Shown here: positions 62,877 to 64,000 of the stretch, piece by piece
Layout: each line of letters starts with the position of its first letter
Numbering within the stretch: position 1 is the first letter of the stretch
NCBI GenBank assembly: GCA_039680365.1
Contig: JBDKTD010000020.1
Location: 1,521 to 65,520 of the forward strand
Origin: Clostridiaceae bacterium
Lineage (GTDB): Bacteria > Bacillota > Clostridia > Christensenellales > CAG-138
Direction of reading: 5' to 3'
DNA length: 64,000 bases
Position numbers and translations under genes: made by a program
Notes under the pieces: model-generated
Told to the model about the DNA's origin: nothing
The model's database searches: none
What the model saw: the letters and a program-made list of their open reading frames with translations, nothing else

Positions 62877-64000
62877 CTAGTTGTAATACACGTCGTGTTC
62901 CACCGGGTCGCTCTTGGAGGGGACAAGCGAGGACTTGCCCCAGAGCAGCATATCCGGCAGTCTGCGCATGCCGACCGCGCCGCCTTCGAGCCTGCTGTGC
63001 TTGTTTAGGTACTCACCCATAAACACCATTGCCGCCGAACTGCCGCCGTCCAGGTTATACGCCTGCTTGCAGCCGTAAGCGTAAAACAGGTGCATAAAGT
63101 TTCTCAGCGTTGCGCCGTGGCTGTAGGCCGGTACGCGCCCGTCCACCACGATGACAACAAAGTGTCCGGGTTCTACCATGCCAACGCCGACGCGCGGGTT
63201 GCGCCCGGTGATCTTGTAGCGCGTGCCGTTGATGTTGATCACGCCGTCGCGAATCAGCGTTGGCCCAAAGGAAAACGCGTTGGTAACCCCCATACTCACA
63301 AGGTCTTCGGCGGTCGTTTCGCCGGGCGCGAAAATCTTCATCGAAAGATCGGGCATCAGCGCCATGGCGTCCATTTCCTGACGGCGGTTGTAGATGCGGC
63401 CGTTGCGGATGATAATGCCCTTGTACTGCGGCTCGTTGACGGTCAGGTTATCGCCTGTAATCGCCAGAACGGCCTGATACCGGCGCGCCATTTCGAAGGG
63501 GATTTCGTTGGACTCCGTTCCGCCCTCCTCGCCGCGCACCGCCGCGCGGAACGCGTCCTCGCCGCGCATGCGAACGTTCGCCACGCAGTAGGTAACCGGC
63601 TTGCTCTCCGCGTCGGTCAGGTGGATGCGGTCGATGATGATGGAAAGCGTATCCGTTTTATATTCCCAGTGCTCGTTGTCCCAATCTTCCACAACGACTT
63701 CGGCGGGGTCGCTCGCGCTGCGGAAATAGGAATCCTCGGAAGGCTTGGTGGACGGCGCGTCCGTCGAGAGCGCGCTGGAAGCCTTTACGCCGAAAGCGCC
63801 GGGGCCGTTGAGCTTGAGGTGGCTGATGCCGTAGAAAAAGTCATTGTTCTGCGGAAGGGGTTTAAGGTCGGGGTCGGACGCAACGAGGCCGTAGTCCGCG
63901 CGGCCGTACACTACATCCCCGACGTCCAGGGTGTAGCGGGCGGATTCGGTATACGACGCATAGAGGTCGGCTTCCACGTCGACCGACGAACGGCCGGAGA
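62877..64000 (-). CDS. Phosphodiester glycosidase (NAGPA-like) family protein, N-terminus off the window
   Basis: Paralog of the C-terminal half of 60177-62624 (GHFVVIVVDGRVPAYSHG...AYNLDGGSSAAMVFMGEYLNK). The reading frame appears to stay open from 63977 to the window edge (not translated base by base). Confidence 0.75.
   Translation of the reverse strand, partial: SGRSSVDVEADLYASYTESARYTLDVGDVVYGRADYGLVASDPDLKPLPQNNDFFYGISHLKLNGPGAFGVKASSALSTDAPSTKPSEDSYFRSASDPAEVVVEDWDNEHWEYKTDTLSIIIDRIHLTDAESKPVTYCVANVRMRGEDAFRAAVRGEEGGTESNEIPFEMARRYQAVLAITGDNLTVNEPQYKGIIIRNGRIYNRRQEMDAMALMPDLSMKIFAPGETTAEDLVSMGVTNAFSFGPTLIRDGVININGTRYKITGRNPRVGVGMVEPGHFVVIVVDGRVPAYSHGATLRNFMHLFYAYGCKQAYNLDGGSSAAMVFMGEYLNKHSRLEGGAVGMRRLPDMLLWGKSSLVPSKSDPVEHDVYYN

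Noticed and set aside
1-64000. Mobile element, prophage or genomic-island boundaries (integrase, transposase, tRNA, inverted terminal repeats).
   Set aside because: No such genes or RNA genes were recognisable. The AT-rich patches (3.3-3.9 kb, 5.5-5.8 kb, 30.9-31.5 kb) are explained as intergenic regulatory regions. Horizontal origin of the islands cannot be judged without genome-wide composition.

Overview
GC-rich chromosomal window. It looks Gram-positive and Clostridia-like, inferred from CpsB/C/D, LCP and LoaP-type genes and from lipoprotein and Sec signals. I found no rRNA, tRNA, transposase, integrase or phage genes. There are five blocks. (1) 1-4.3 kb holds a truncated discoidin-domain protein, a large polytopic membrane protein, an AT-rich non-coding gap with a solitary type I-E-like CRISPR repeat, and a small GRAM/PH-like gene on the minus strand. 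(2) 4.6-19.9 kb is a ten-gene, single-strand island made almost entirely of phosphothreonine-signalling parts: 5 FHA domains, 4 Hanks Ser/Thr kinases, 2 PP2C phosphatases, a vWA domain and a trypsin-like protease. Six of the proteins start with a Cys4 zinc ribbon. Three tandem kinase paralogs carry unrelated ectodomains (LRR, RCC1-type propeller, unknown beta-rich). A 4 x 49-bp tandem repeat sits inside the operon. This block is my best candidate for an undescribed system. (3) 19.9-30.9 kb has a divergent LysR regulator plus an Opp/Dpp-type ABC importer, followed by an M20 hydrolase, an FGGY sugar kinase and a class-III aminotransferase. (4) 31.1-53.6 kb is a 21-gene Wzx/Wzy-dependent polysaccharide locus. 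It has a strong promoter, a roughly 400-nt structured leader with a terminator hairpin, and a NusG-paralog (LoaP-like) antiterminator. It encodes a CDP-hexose branch (rfbF/rfbG) without a 3-dehydrase. (5) 53.8-64 kb carries minus-strand envelope-glycan genes: a UbiA/DPPR-synthase-like prenyl-phosphate phosphoribosyltransferase with a HAD-GtrA fusion and a large membrane protein, a GT14 enzyme, an LRR lipoprotein and two tandem phosphodiester-glycosidase paralogs. All domain calls come from reading motifs in the supplied translations; no database search was possible.
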